From Sphagnum compactum (Eukaryota), in contig OZ234493.1 in the NCBI GenBank assembly GCA_965153455.1, positions 31,486,213 to 31,550,212 of the forward strand: a stretch of 64,000 nt of DNA, in the 5' to 3' direction. A program made the translations under genes and the position numbers. Numbering within the stretch: the first letter of the stretch is position 1; the number at the start of each line of letters is the position of its first letter. This document shows, piece by piece, positions 40,746 to 54,155 of the stretch. Below the pieces are notes generated by a model. That model was given only the letters and a program-made list of their open reading frames with translations, was not told where the DNA came from and made no database searches.

Positions 40746-41316
40746 GTAAATCCTTTAGACAAGAAGAACCTTTCAGCTTTCAGAGAAGCTGTCAATTAGG
40801 GTTTTAGAAAAGCAGTTTTGACATAGAAATGTGATGGGAAGTGCAGTGTGTAGGGTTTCATGAGAAAGACGCGAAGAGGAGTGAGAATGAGGGGCAGCTG
40901 CAGGAGCTTTGCATGTACCCGGGAAGAGAGGATCTGAGGCTACATGGGGACAAAGTAAAATTCAAAGGTGTTGTGTCTGTGTGTGATGGAGAAACTATGT
41001 GAGAGCCACATGAAGAAGATTGTCAACACTGTTTTCTCAAGTGTGTGAGTGACAGTGCTTTGTTGTAGTCCAGTGCTTGTTTCTGGACTTTTGTGTTATG
41101 GACTGTATGGAGTTGCATATTGACTGTGGCAACCTCTATGTGCAAAACTTTCAAGGCTTATTATATGGCCCTTGTTCTCTCTTTGTGTCACAGAGGTTTC
41201 TGTGAAAAATAATCACCGCCAGTGACACAATCTGTGCTCTGCTTCTTTGTAACATTGCAGTTATGCTGTTGATCCTTAACCTGGCTCTGCTCAACCTGCT
41301 TCCCACCGTGCTCTTA

Positions 41317-41692
41317 GAGCAACTCCAGTGGTGCTCAGAATGTGATCCTGCACACTAAAATCCAATGAAGAAAAGTCAAAATATCTCGGTTTGGCTCAGG
41401 AAATGGGGTTTTGGCTCACCATGATTGCACAGTTTGCAGTGGCCAGTGAAAGGTGCAACAACAATGTGCACATGCAGAAAAGAGTGTAATGAATATGATT
41501 TGATTGCTGGTCACTGTTTCTGATTGGCCCATCGTAATGATTGGTCCAGGTGGTTTGCTATTAGTAGTCCCCCCACCTATTTGCTGTCCTAGTTTCAGTT
41601 TCATGGGTGGGGTTGCAGAAAAGTAAATAACTAAACTTGGATGTGAAAAATATTTTTGCAAGGTCACATACTGAGCATTGCTGGAGATGGTC
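41317..41692. mobile_element. PIF/Harbinger (Tourist-like) MITE, 376 bp
   Basis: 36-bp imperfect TIRs: GAGCAACTCCAGTGGTGCTCAGAATGTGATCCTGCA and TGCAAGGTCACATACTGAGCATTGCTGGAGATGGTC. Flanks are TTA (left) and TTG (right). A second partial copy lies at 59670-59843. Confidence 0.85.
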
Positions 41693-42046
41693 TTGCATCC
41701 TGTAAACATAGGTCATGCACTAAGTTGGTTGGTAGGGCAATAGGTGGCTACTAAGCAATTAGATGCATGCAGATGGTTAGTATGAAGGTAAAGGGCTAAT
41801 GGGTTGTTAGTAGGTAGGTAGTAAAAACAGCTACTGAGCTAACCACCCTGGTTAGCTAGGGAATTGGAACCCAATGGAAAAGTGTTTTCTGTCCACCAAC
41901 CATCCATCCCTCACAATGCATCACAAGGTCATTATGTACCTACATCTATCCATCTTTTCAAGCAAAGCACTCCAGCAATCACCTTGTGACAATAAAGACA
42001 TACAGAAAATTATTGTATGTGGAATTTTGTCACCCAATTGCACATA

Positions 42047-42537
42047 TCTATCTATGAAGGAAGGTAGTTTGTTTTGTTTTTGTAGTTCTTAGATCCACTG
42101 GATGCTTCAGACTGTGTTCTTGGTGTCTTTGGAAAGCTCTTAACGAGGAGGGGTGCATGGGCTTGGTTCCATGACGGTTGGACTTGCGGCGCAAAAGTTA
42201 TTGAATATTGAATGATTTATTTACTGAAAATAAAATTAAATCATAGCAAAAGTTATTGAATATTGAATGATTTATTTACTGAAAATAAAATTAAATCATA
42301 GCTGAAAATTTCGGAGGAATTGGAATGTGCCTTTGGTCTTGTTGGAAAGATCTTGATGAGCAGGCATTTAATGGAATTTATTTTGGTAACATTTGGATTC
42401 AGATTATGAGAGAGATTGATTTTTTAGTGATTTCTGCCACTAAAAAGATTCAAATAAATTCCAAAAAACCAGGTTTTGGAAGGAAAAATCAGTTGAGGAT
42501 GTGGTAACACTTGGACCAACAGCACAGGCCACACTAG
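42047..42537 (+). mobile_element. Non-autonomous Helitron-like element (~490 bp)
   Basis: Starts with TC after an A and ends ..TTGGACCAACAGCACAGGCCACACTAG before a T (weak subterminal hairpin plus CTAG). Contains a 55-bp internal tandem duplication at 42191-42300. A similar 5' end (TCTATG..GTTTGTTTT) follows at 42538. Confidence 0.6.
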
Positions 42538-45527
42538 TCTATGTTCTAAGATAGGTGTTTGTTTTCTTTGTGACTATGCCTTAACCCTACCAAACCATGG
42601 GGGCTCCTTGCACTTTTGGTATGTTGGAAAGCCCTCAATGAAATGGTGTGCATGTTTATCATGTTGAAATTTTCAGGCCAATGCAAGAAAAAGTTAATGA
42701 AAAATCGGATTTTGAGATCAAATGGGAAGAACCCAAACCCTCATCCAAGATAGGTTCACCAGAGTTTAACACCCACTTTTATTTACCTCCCCCAACACCT
42801 ACAACCTACCTACCTACCTACCTACTTACCTACCTACCCTTCTCCCATTTCCCTACATAGTATGTGACCCCATCACTTTTCCCCCTCCCCATCAACATTG
42901 CATTTCTTTTGGCATCAATAGGTTTAATTTATCATTAGACTACAAGGGTCAATAGTTGATAGGTAGGTGACCCCATGCGTCTTAGGTGAGCAATAAGTAA
43001 TCTACTTGTTTTCCTACAATACTTTCATCTTTTTGCAACAACATCCCCTATAAGTGATGAGTAAATAAGTAGGTGCAAGTAAGTCTTTTCAAGTAATTAG
43101 GTATCCAAGCAAGGCACTACTATACACCTAAACAATTGATCTTTTAGTTGATAGAGAGAGGGAGTGGATAGGGATAGAGAAATTTCTTGCCCAATTAAAA
43201 TTCTATGGCCCACCATCTTGGGCCACCTTGAGCCCATATATAAAAGTATTGTAGTGGCCCAAAGTCAATGGGCTCAAGAAGACATCCATATTTCAATTTT
43301 TTATTCCATTTTTCATTTTTCTAAAATTCCCACCCCCTTTTCCTCTTGTCAATTTCAACAATTGTTTCTTCCCCGAAATGTTTCAATATGAATGAGACAA
43401 GGTATCAAGTTTGTATCTCCATCATCATCTTCTTCACAATAATTCATCATGTGATGATGAGAATTATGAAAAAATGATGTTGATGGTCACGCTCATAAAA
43501 AATGTGAGAGATGTCCAATGCAGAGATAAGTGTGACAACATGATTGATGATTTTTCAAACAATGAGTTCATGGGTATTACCTTAGGATAAGCTTCCAAGC
43601 AAGTAAGAAGTTAAGTTTTGGCACATCTATGTCTTCAAGCGCAAGCTATTCAATTTTTCATTAATTGGAATTGACAATAATTGGAATTGATACACCCATG
43701 CAAATAAAACATGTTGGTAGAAACAAAACTCATCGTATCATTTTTGAAGGTTGAGTAGTATAGAATTGCCCATCATTGAACACACATTTATGACTAAACA
43801 TTGACCCATGTCTTATTCATTTTTTTGTCCATTTCGAATGATTTTCATGGTTATGGGTGTGCCAAGTGAAGGTTTACAATACCTTTTTGAACTCTAAAAC
43901 CAAAGGAGCAACCAAGCATAAGCATGAAAAGCATGACTTGTCCAAGTTTGAATTTTTTTTTTATATCCCCTTAATTTCAAACCCCATATCTTCTTCTTTT
44001 TTGTTTATTTTGAATTATCTAAAAAAATATAGATGCACTAACTATAGCTCTACATCACTCCATGGACTCTAGATCATTAGTATACATGTTTTAAGTCAAA
44101 CAAATTTTATCTACAATCTAGTTCATTACTTTGCAAAGATATCATAAGCTTAATTAATCATGGAATTCCAATTTATCTTTGGTACAAAATTATGGATTAG
44201 TTTATGAAAGAAATTGTTTCATTGACCCCATTGCGTGATACATTAACTCCCCACGTTGTGATGCAAATCAACATTTTTTCTTGATGTCATCACATAAGTC
44301 ATCCACATGCATTTGTCATGGTCTCACATTGATGCCATTGTTCATTGGCATTGCCCGTAAGTAAGGAAGAGATTAAAATTTTGGCTCAAACTTGACTCAA
44401 TGCATGAGTGATATATCTAGAGTACTATGTGTGCATGCATATGGTGGATGATGAGAACCATCCATTTTTGGAAAATCTTCAAAAACTTAAAAATCAAAGG
44501 TTCTTTTGCTTCACAAAATATTAAAGAACCGGAATTGAAGGTTCTGGATTTTTATTTTTTTTTAAATTTTAAAACAAAACTAAAGGTTTTGTTTCATTTC
44601 TAAAATTCCAAAAACATAGAATCAAAGGTTCTTAACAAAATCAAAAAATTTGCCCCCAACACATGTAAAAACCAATGTTGGCCAAAATTAGAACCAAAAC
44701 CAAAATAGGCTCCAAACCCATTTAATAAAAGTTTCAGTTCTTCAATTATTAATATTATTAATACTATTATTTTATTTATCGGGGTTAGGCATGTTGTTAG
44801 TTTGAGAAAATAATTTAGGTATATAATAATAATAATAATAATAATTTGGTGGTTGAGGGTGTGTCATTAGGCATGTGATTGATACTTTTGGAACATGTTT
44901 CAAGTATGCAATTTATTTATTTTTAATTATTTTATTTTCTGGGTTTATGCATATAGATGGTCAAATTTTTATTGGTGATACAATGCTAGTAACTAGAAAA
45001 AATTCGCTTATAATTTTTTTTATAAAATTAATTAATTAATTAATTAATTAAAAACTGAGAATCAAGAGTCTTGAAATGTGAAGAACCGGGCAGCCCTTGG
45101 GCAGGTGTGCTGGGTATAAAATGCCAATGGCAGCCTGTTCCTCAATGTTAATGGCAAGGGCATTATTACTTATTACCAAAAAAAAAAAAAAAAAAAAAAA
45201 AAAAACTAATTAATCATGTATCCCCCATTTTCTTTTCATGCCTTTCCTTCTTTATTTATTTATTTATTTATTTTTACATGCAGGGGACAGTAGCCCGAGT
45301 TTACAGGCATCATAACAACCGGTGTTGGGCGGTTCTCAGAATGACGGGTAGATATACCCGCCGGTCATCAACACAACTAGCTCTCCAAATGTTCAAACAA
45401 TTGATTTTGGACTATGCCCACGGGTCTCCGAAAATGTTATGAAAAAAAATCAAAGAATCGGCCAGAGAACCGTTGTTGGGCATTTTTTGTGTAGGGTAAA
45501 GCTCAAGGCAGCGGGTTTTATCAGAAT

Positions 45528-45732
45528 AAGGGCATGCTTGAGGTTTAGGGTTTAGGGCATGCTCTCAAGGTTTAGGGTTTAGGGCATGCTTGAGGTTTAG
45601 GGTTTAGGGCATGCTTGAGGTTTAGGGTTAAGGGCATGCTCAAGGTTTAGGGTTTAGGGCATGCTTGAGGTTTAGGGTTAAGGGCATGCTCAAGGTTTAG
45701 GGTTTAGGGCATGCTCTCAAGGTTTAGGGTTA
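45528..45732 (+). repeat. Interstitial telomere-like composite array, 8 units of 25-27 bp
   Basis: Unit CATGCT(TG/CA/CTCA)AGG-TTTAGGG-TT(T/A)AGGG repeated 8 times. Confidence 0.95.
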
Positions 45733-46074
45733 TTTTCTTCCTTCTGTGGCTTGCTTTTCCTTAGCCATGGTGGTATGGTACAGACAAAGTTATCCAGAAG
45801 AAGAAGACTCTAAAGAATCAATCAATGATGGCAAAACCCTAAACCCTAATAAATTGTGATCCAATCACAAACCCAAAATCCAAAACCCTAATAAATTGTG
45901 ATCCAAATCACAAACCCAAAAACCCTTCACAAAATGGGCAATTAGATAAGAAGGAAAAAGAATGTCAAGTGTTCGTTTGTGGTTTCTTAGAAATTACCTT
46001 ACGAGTTTTTGGAGGGCACCTTATTATATCCATGAGTTTTTGGTGGGTCCTCCTTTGTGCCCTTTGGTTCAAGT

Positions 46075-46465
46075 GTGACCATCTTCAAGTTGATAGTGGA
46101 TTCAACTTGCCAAAAAAAGACAACCCTCTTCAAATCATCTTCAAGTTTATAAGGGATTCAACTTCCCCAAAAAAAAAAACCCCCCCTCTTCAATCATCTT
46201 CAAGGTTATAAGGGACACAACTTGCCAAAGAAAACCTCTTCAATCATCTTCAAGGTCATAAGAGATACAAAACAACTTGTCAAAATCACCTCTTCAATCA
46301 TCCTCAAGGTCATAAGAGATACAACTTGTCAAAAAATCACCTCTTCGATCATCTTCAAGGTCATAAGAGATACAACTTGCTTGTCAAAATCACCTCTTCG
46401 ATCATCTTCAAGGTTATAAGGGATACAACTTGCCAAGAAAACTTCTTCAAGTCTCTAAGAGACAT
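46075..46465. repeat. Minisatellite, ~50-60 bp unit, ~7 copies
   Basis: CCTCTTC(A/G)ATCATCTTCAAGGT(C/T)ATAAG(A/G)GATACAACTTG.. at ~46125, 46185, 46235, 46289, 46340 and 46392, plus partial flanking copies. Confidence 0.9.
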
Positions 46466-49400
46466 GACCATGGAAGGGCAAATAGAATGGCCAATGAAAA
46501 GTTGTGTCATCTAAATTGTGAAAGAGTAAACTAAAGGGGCCAAAGATGATGAAATTGTAAATTTATTGATGGATTAAAATGGTTCCAAGTTGTGTTGTTA
46601 GCCAAAATGTGTAGTAACAAGTGTGAATGTGATCTCGTATTGGCTCAAAGTGTGAACCCAAGTGTCGTTGACCGGTAAGGTTTTGAGACATGAAAGAGCA
46701 AGCCAATATGATGAATGGTTGAAAAAATTATATTTTTATAATCGGTAAATAATCTCCGGATGACAAAAAAATCACTCTAAATTCCATAACTTTTCCTCCA
46801 TTGGTCTGAAATTTGTGAAATGACAAATGTGTGCACATTAGGTTCATTATAACCTTTGTATCATACAATGGGGAAAACTCACGAATGGGAGATATTCCCA
46901 AAATGTGAAGGTTGGGTTTGGTTACCACCTCATCATCCTAAGCCCTTTTCTTTTGGGAATGTCAACACAAATTTTTTATGTTGGGTAAAGAGGTTTTTAC
47001 CTTACACAAAATTGTGAAGCACAAACCGATTTGCTTCATTTTGTCAAATTGTATATTGGCATGAACTTGATGGAGCTTTCTTTCGTCATGGTCATCGTTA
47101 CATTCAGCAATGTTTAAATTTCTATGTCAATGTTCTATAACTCAAAACATTGTCTTTTTAACTACATAAACAACAACATTTAGAAGATGTTGCTAGCATT
47201 AGAAGCAATGGTTTTTTTTTTTCTTCTTTTTTTCTTTTTTTAGCAATTTTTTGTAATGTAGTGACAAGAAAAAAAAACCATGAATATTTTGTTGCAAATG
47301 CATGATTGTTTTATTAAAGAATCTCCAATAAGAGAGTGAACCTCTTTTGTAAATGGTGTCACTTTTCACTTGCTCCCAAATTTTTTGGACTCACTTTTTT
47401 TTTTCATCACTTTTTTTCTCGGAGAAAATTTAGGATGGTTTTCTAAAAATGGTCACCAATAAATGCAAAAAAATCTACCTTTGGATGCTTGTCGACTACT
47501 CCTACTTCAAAAAATTTGAAAAAAAAACACATTGAAATTTAAAACATAAGGGAAAAATAATAATTTAAAAATCAGAAAAATAAAAATTAATAAGGAACAA
47601 GTGTTCAGCCATTGGCTTTACATTACTCTTGAGCCATCAAAATAATTTAAATATGAGTTAAGTGAGCTCAAGAAATCACTATGAATGAGTTAAATTGGTC
47701 TAAAGAAGTCTTAGACCCAAATGCAAAATGGGTTTCAAGTGTTATAAGAGGAACATCTTTAGTTGCCAAAGTTAAGACTAAAGTATAGGATTGCCTAATG
47801 AATCCTCCTAAATTTTTAGTGCATTTATGAAAGAAGATTCTCCAAACAAAATTCCACCAACAATCAAATTGTTGTGTTTCCTAAAGTTTGATAGTACATA
47901 TGATTTTACGCAAGTCTTGTTGTGCGCAAGGTAGTTCTAGAGGAGCAAGGTAACATTCACAAAATAAGCACCCGCCCAAGGTAGAGCCAAGGGGTACGTG
48001 TTTTGGGAACACCTTGCTCTCAAGGTGTTGCTTGATGTGTAACACTAGCAAATTTTTTATGATACCTAGTTGGTATCCACTAGTTATCACAAGACAAAAT
48101 GGTGAAATTCTCAACAAAGTAGGCATTTCCCTTTACAAAATGCATGCCCTTTTCCAAGCAAAAATTTCAATTAGATTAGGTGCCCTTTAGATACAAAAGA
48201 CAATAAACAGCCCCTAATGAGCATTATTTGGTGCAAAAAGTTTTCGATGATGCTCAATCACTTAGTTTTAAGCAGAAGGTTTGAATATTTTGACCTTATG
48301 CAAATGTTAAATTTTTAAAAAATTGTTCATTTTAGGTGCTTGAATATATGTTGTTGGTTGATACTTTTTCTTTCAAAAAAAAAGGTGCTAATTTCAAACT
48401 TGGCATCGGATAGTAAAACATGCAAAACAAAATATGTAATGGTTTTTTTGCAAAATGTGTAAAACATAAAAAATTGTGTAACATGATTAGATGCAAAACC
48501 ATGTAAGGCACACAAAAACACAAGTTCAAAAGTGTGCCAAATAAAGCTAATTGGAGGGTATTTTGTGTTTCACTTTAGATACAAATATATATGTTTTACC
48601 AATGCTTTAGGTATTATGGAATAGATTGGGTAGGGCTTCTTCCACCCAAGCATGTGCTCTTTCCACCTAGGGTTTTTTCCAACAATGGCTAGACATTATT
48701 TTATCAAATATAATATGTTCTACCAGGTAACATGTGTTCCCCATCATTGTTTACATATAATTAAAGTGTTCCCTAAGTGGATTCACATCACAAATGCAAC
48801 TAATAAAACCAAATGTGCAACCAATATATGACCTTGTGTCCCATTTTCTTTAAACCTTGGAAGTACTTAAATAACTTGCGAAACATAAATATACCATATG
48901 GATTAGAGGCTTCTATGGTATTTGGATAATGGATCGACTAGGGTTGATTTTGGTCTTTAGTAAGTTCATAGATGAGCCTAGGCAATTAATTGGGCTACCA
49001 CCTAGGCCAAAATCAACCATGAAAGCAAATTCAACACAATCAATAAGTGCAATAAAAAAGCTTAAACATCCGAGCCTCACTATATCACATAGGGTAAAGC
49101 CTACGGGTGGAGCCATTCCTAAAATAAAGGATGAAGCAAGAATTGAATTCAGTCCTACATTTTGTGAATTTCATGGACTAATGGGTCAAGGGGCTTGACC
49201 CATTGTACAATTGAGAAGGTTATCATGAACCTAAACATATGTAGATTAGGAGGCATGCATAGGATGGCTGGTTCCATGTAATCTAAAATGAGTAAGGGGT
49301 TGTTTTTGGTTTTGGAAGATGTGAACGTTATCAACAAGGGGTTTAAGGAAGGATGTTCTCTTATGAAATAGGAATGCTTTGTTTCTTCCATTTATGTTTT

Positions 49401-51603
49401 GTAGGTGTTAATGGTGATGGTGTTGTTAATGAGTTGTGTGACAATGCTTGCTATGCTATCACATCTTGGTGTGTGGTGGGAAAGCTGTTTTGGTGACGAA
49501 TGTAAGAAGATTGCCATGGTGCTAAGGAGGCAAGTTTTCAAAGAGGAAAGCTTAGTTTCGTGTGATCTTTGTTTGTTGTGTGTTGTTTTAAAAATTGTAA
49601 CGAACAGATGTGTCTATGAAACATAATAGGACATAGTCCAAAATTGGTTAGGTTCTTCAATTTTATTTTCATGCATCACTAAAACCTAAGAACTTTTGGA
49701 CAATGTTTGTAATAAAGTCATGGGTATGGTGGTGAGGAGGTGGTAAAGAACACCAAGGAACGTTGAATAGACAAGGACATTGGCTAACCATGAGAGTGTT
49801 TGGGAATGTGCTCATGATTTGTCATTAGATTGTTTGAGGGTTGTGACAATATTTGTGTCTCATCCTTTCAGAGTCAATAGTGTTGTGATTGAATGTTGCG
49901 ATTGAGGAGCTTGGATTGGGAAATTGGAGATAGAACCACTTGGCATCATTTACCAATTGGGTTTTCCAAAGAAAGGATGTTTGTATAAGTTGTACCATGT
50001 GATAAAAAATTTGGGTTGAGTGTTTGGAGCAATTGAGTAGGAAGGATAGGATCTGTTTAAAGTCAAGCTCAATGATCCAGGATATTGAAGAAGAGAATTC
50101 CATGAGAAACCTCATCCATCACCCACCTAAACTCTTGAGTTAATTAGGGTTACATGTTTAAGAAAAGCTTAGAACTTGAAATCTAGTTCTACTAGTTTGA
50201 ACCACGTGCCTAATGCACAGGTGTGTGTGCATTTGACAGTACATATTACAAAATTACAATTACAAACTACATTTCCAAAATCTCTTTATATACGACATTT
50301 CGCATGTATCTATCGAAACCCTTGGCCGTTGAAAATCTTTCTATTCCAATCTATTTATGCACAAGGATGCTATTTCATGTTTTCCTTGTGTACCTATATG
50401 TAATAGCAACATTACTTCTAGTTTTTCTAGTGTTTCCTTTTCGAGGCTACACCTTTGGCCTACTCCTTAAGAGTGGGAGGGATCTTGACACTTGTTAGGC
50501 TCTTCCCGCTCATTGATTTTTATGCCGTGTAACAAACGGCCTTGATCACAAGCATTACCGGAATCGAGCATCCTCAGCTCGACCCTTAGCAGGCCCTTAA
50601 TGAATCGAGCATGCCTCAACACGACCCTTAGCGAGCCCTTAATATTCTGATAACGCCAAGGGATGTCGAGAAGGTTCAAATCCAAGGGACCAAATATCAA
50701 CCTACTTACCCACCCACCTACCTACTCGATAGAAGTTTCTAGAACACTGTGTTGTTGATGGTGGAGTCAAAGTGTGATTGGGTTTTTCCGGCGTAGAAAA
50801 AGGCATTTATTAGTATAATTATAAACGGAATAGTAACGCGGAATCGCAAACACACCGCAGCTTCCAAAACAGCAGCCGCGCGGTACACACAACAACGTTT
50901 CGTCTCTCTTCTCTCACGCTCTCACGCGCTCGCTCGCTCGCTCGCTGGCTCGCTCTCGCCGCGGCAACAGTAGCAGCCGACGACAACAATCTTGACACAT
51001 TTCTTCCGTCTTCAAGACTCCGTGGCCCAGCAATTTTCTCTACTGCAAATCTCTTTTTTCATTCGACTTTGATTGCATAGGCAATGCTTTTTTTTTTTTT
51101 TTTCTTCACCCTTAATTCTCTAGCTTTTGGGACTTTCTTTTGACGACGTTCCGGGGGCGGGGTTTGAGGGTGGAAGGATTTTGGAGTTTGTTTTTTTTGT
51201 AGTGTTGGGTTTTTTGGAAGCTTGATTGCACCGCTGTTAAAGGAAGGAGGTTGCGATTTTGTGGCCGCAATTCTTTGTGTCTGTTTCTTTTGTTCTTTGC
51301 GGATCGAGATTTTGATGAGCAATTTGCCGTGGCAGCGAGGGTGGTGGTTTGTGAAGGAATCGGGGGAGACTGCGCGGGAAACTTGTATCTGGTGATGGAT
51401 GGAAGGTGTGCTAGGGTTTGACCAAGAAGAAGAGAGAAAGAGACGGTGTGATTGATTGGTTGGTTGGTTGGTTGGTTGGTTGGAGCTTGGTTTTGTTTGT
51501 TGTTGACGATAAGGAAGAAATTTTCTTCTCGAGCAATAGTGTGAATATCAGGTTTCGTTTGGTCGCGAGAGAGAGAGAGAGAGAGAGAGAAGAGTTCAAA
51601 GTG

Positions 51604-52338
51604 ATGAAGGATCACCAAGAAGCCGAGGAAGCGACAGCTGCTGAAGTCCATGAATCTTCGCGGGAATCACCGACGGCGGCAGCAGATGGCAGTGAGCAGC
51701 AGGGAGGAAGCTTCGATTGCAACATCTGCTTGGAGCTCGCTCAGGATCCCGTGGTGACGCTCTGCGGGCATCTCTTCTGCTGGCCTTGTCTCTATCGCTG
51801 GCTGCAGATGCACAGCATCTGTCAGGAATGTCCTGTGTGCAAGGCGAGCGTGGAAGAGGAGAAGGTGATTCCTCTTTATGGCAGAGGCAAAATCGGGAGC
51901 GTGGATCCTCGTCGCAAAACCGTGCCAGGAGTGAACAATAACATCCCGCACCGGCCTGCTGGGCAACGGCCCGAGACTGCGAGACCCACGGAGCAGCAGC
52001 AGTATCAGTACTACCAGCAGCATCATCATGGCTTTAACTTCATGCCCGCTGCAGGTCCTGCAGCCACTGCACGCTTTGGCAACATCACGCTTTCAGCTGG
52101 CTTTGGTTTGTTCCCTTCCCTGTTTGGCTTCCAGTTGCATGGATTTCCAGATGCCAGTTCCCTTGGTGGAGGCCATGGCTTCCACGCTGCTGCTAATCCA
52201 GTCAGCATGACCAGCAGCTATAGCCGTCCAACAACACAATCCATGATGCCAGACCAGCAGCAGCACCAGGAAGCCCTCCTTTCAAGGCTACTTCTTCTCT
52301 TAGGTTGCTTTGTTCTCCTCTGTCTCCTCCTCTTTTAG
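51604..52338 (+). CDS. RMA/RNF5-type ER-anchored C3HC4 RING E3 ubiquitin ligase, 244 aa, intronless CDS
   Basis: FDCNICLELAQDPVVTLCGHLFCWPCLYRWL..ECPVCKA..VIPLYGRG, IPHRPAGQRPET, ARFGN..SAGFGLFPSLFG, and a C-terminal TM anchor LSRLLLLLGCFVLLCLLLF. The first in-frame ATG is at 51604. Confidence 0.93.
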   Translation: MKDHQEAEEATAAEVHESSRESPTAAADGSEQQGGSFDCNICLELAQDPVVTLCGHLFCWPCLYRWLQMHSICQECPVCKASVEEEKVIPLYGRGKIGSVDPRRKTVPGVNNNIPHRPAGQRPETARPTEQQQYQYYQQHHHGFNFMPAAGPAATARFGNITLSAGFGLFPSLFGFQLHGFPDASSLGGGHGFHAAANPVSMTSSYSRPTTQSMMPDQQQHQEALLSRLLLLLGCFVLLCLLLF

Positions 52339-53196
52339 TAGTCTCCTAGCAGCCACAATTGCTTTTAGCAGTCAAAGAAATCAGCCTGGCTCTTGTACAA
52401 TGGGTTCCCCACATCTGTTGGGAATGATGGGAGTCCATTCTTGGAGATTGATTAGCCTTCAAAGTCAGGTGAAGGTGCAATTTGATATATGGTTACACTA
52501 AATGCAGCTTTGCAGTCTTGTTCACTCTCTCTAGGTTGTTAATGGTACAAACTCACTATGTCAGTCTTTCTGTCTCCGATCAAGGCTTGCTCAAATCCAA
52601 GCCTTGAACTGTACAAAAAGGGGTGCAGGAGGACAGGGATACAAACCACATCAGTGCAGGCAGTGGGCCGACTTGTTGGTTGGTTGGTTGTTCCTTCAGA
52701 AACCATGGACTCTTCCTGGGACTCCCTCTCTTGTAGGTCCAGTTTGGGATCAACAATTTCTGCAGAAATTTGTTATGTAGAGGGATTGGGTGCCAAGGCA
52801 GGCAGTGAACCTCAGTAATCTGTTAGTTCACTGGAGATTTGAAGTCTTGGAAACTTATCATCAAAGACAATTTACTTGTCAACAAAGAACAGGTGTGGAC
52901 TACTTTCAAACTTGATCAGGCAATAAACACCACTGTGCAGGTTTATCATGATTACCACCATTGAGTACCCATTTAGGGCATATCAGTGCTACTGCCTGCT
53001 TGGGAACCATGACCTAAGTAGAGTTGCTTTACCAGAGTAGCTGTGTGAAGTTACAGATTTTGGGTGGGTGTATGGGTACACCTGCTTGTGGGAGCTGGTG
53101 AAGTTGCTCGGGAGTCATCACAGCTCATCACTACTGTTCCTGATGAAGGTGATGGTCTGGGACTTTGTGAGCAACTTTCATAAGGTTATAACTGCA

Positions 53197-54155
53197 CTCA
53201 TTGTTGTGTTAACCTTCAAATTGTTGTTGTGGAGATTTTCCTCTGCCACTTCATAGATAAATTTGGAAGTTTGCAGAATTGTACAGATTAGGACCCTCTT
53301 CTGACTCATTGTTGTGTTACCTTCAAATTGTTGTCGTGGAGATTTTCCTCTGCAATTTCATAGATATATTCGAAGTTAGTAGAATTGTACATACTGCAAC
53401 CCTCTTCTGACTCATTGTTGTGTTACCTTCAAATTGTTGTTGTGGAGATTTTCCTCTGCAATTTCATAGATATATTCGAAGTTAGTAGAATTGTACATAC
53501 TGCAACCCTCTTCTGACTCATTGTTGTGTTACCTTCAAATTGTTGTTGTGGAGATTTTCCTCTGCAATTTCATAGATATATTCGAAGTTAGTAGAATTGT
53601 ACATACTGCAACCCTCTTCTGACTCATTGTTGTGTTACCTTCAAATTGTTGTTGTGGAGATTTTCCTCTGCAATTTCATAGATGTATTCGAAGTTAGTAG
53701 AATTGTACATACTGCAACCCTCTTCTGACTCATTGTTGTGTTACCTTCAAATTGTCGTTGTGGAGATTTTCCTCTGCAATTTCATAGATATATTCGAAGT
53801 TAGTAGAATTGTACATACTGCAACCCTCTTCTGACTCATTGTTGTGTTACCTTCAAATTGTTGTTGTGGAGATTTTCCTCTGCAATTTCATAGATGTATT
53901 CGAAGTTAGTAGAATTGTACATACTGCAACCCTCTTCTGACTCATTGTTGTGTTACCTTCAAATTGTTGTTGTGGAGATTTTCCTCTGCAATTTCATAGA
54001 TATATTCGAAGTTGGTAGAATTGTACATACTGCAACCCTCTTCTGACTCATTGTTGTGTTACCTTCAAATGGTTGTTGTGGAGATTTTCCTCTGCAATTT
54101 CATAGATATATTTGAAGTTTGCAGAATTGTACAGATTAGGATCTTCTTTGGACTC
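53197..54155. repeat. Highly homogeneous minisatellite, 106 bp unit, 9 copies
   Basis: CTCATTGTTGTGTTA starts at 53197, 53305, 53411, 53517, 53623, 53729, 53835, 53941 and 54047. Confidence 0.97.

Noticed and set aside
45080..45204. Long poly(A) run suggesting a SINE or retrocopy tail
   Set aside because: No A/B boxes, TSD or recognisable parent sequence upstream.
45528..45930. Possible telomerase RNA gene or true chromosome end
   Set aside because: No recognisable USE (TCCCACATCG) plus TATA Pol III promoter, the repeats are interrupted by spacers, and genes continue on both sides.
47800..50130. Fragmentary ORFs in an AT-rich block, possibly a decayed TE coding region
   Set aside because: No diagnostic transposase, RT or integrase motif could be identified by eye.
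51418..51603. N-terminal extension of the RING E3 ORF from a TTG start
   Set aside because: Non-ATG start running through (TTGG)n and (GA)n microsatellites; most likely 5' UTR or intron.
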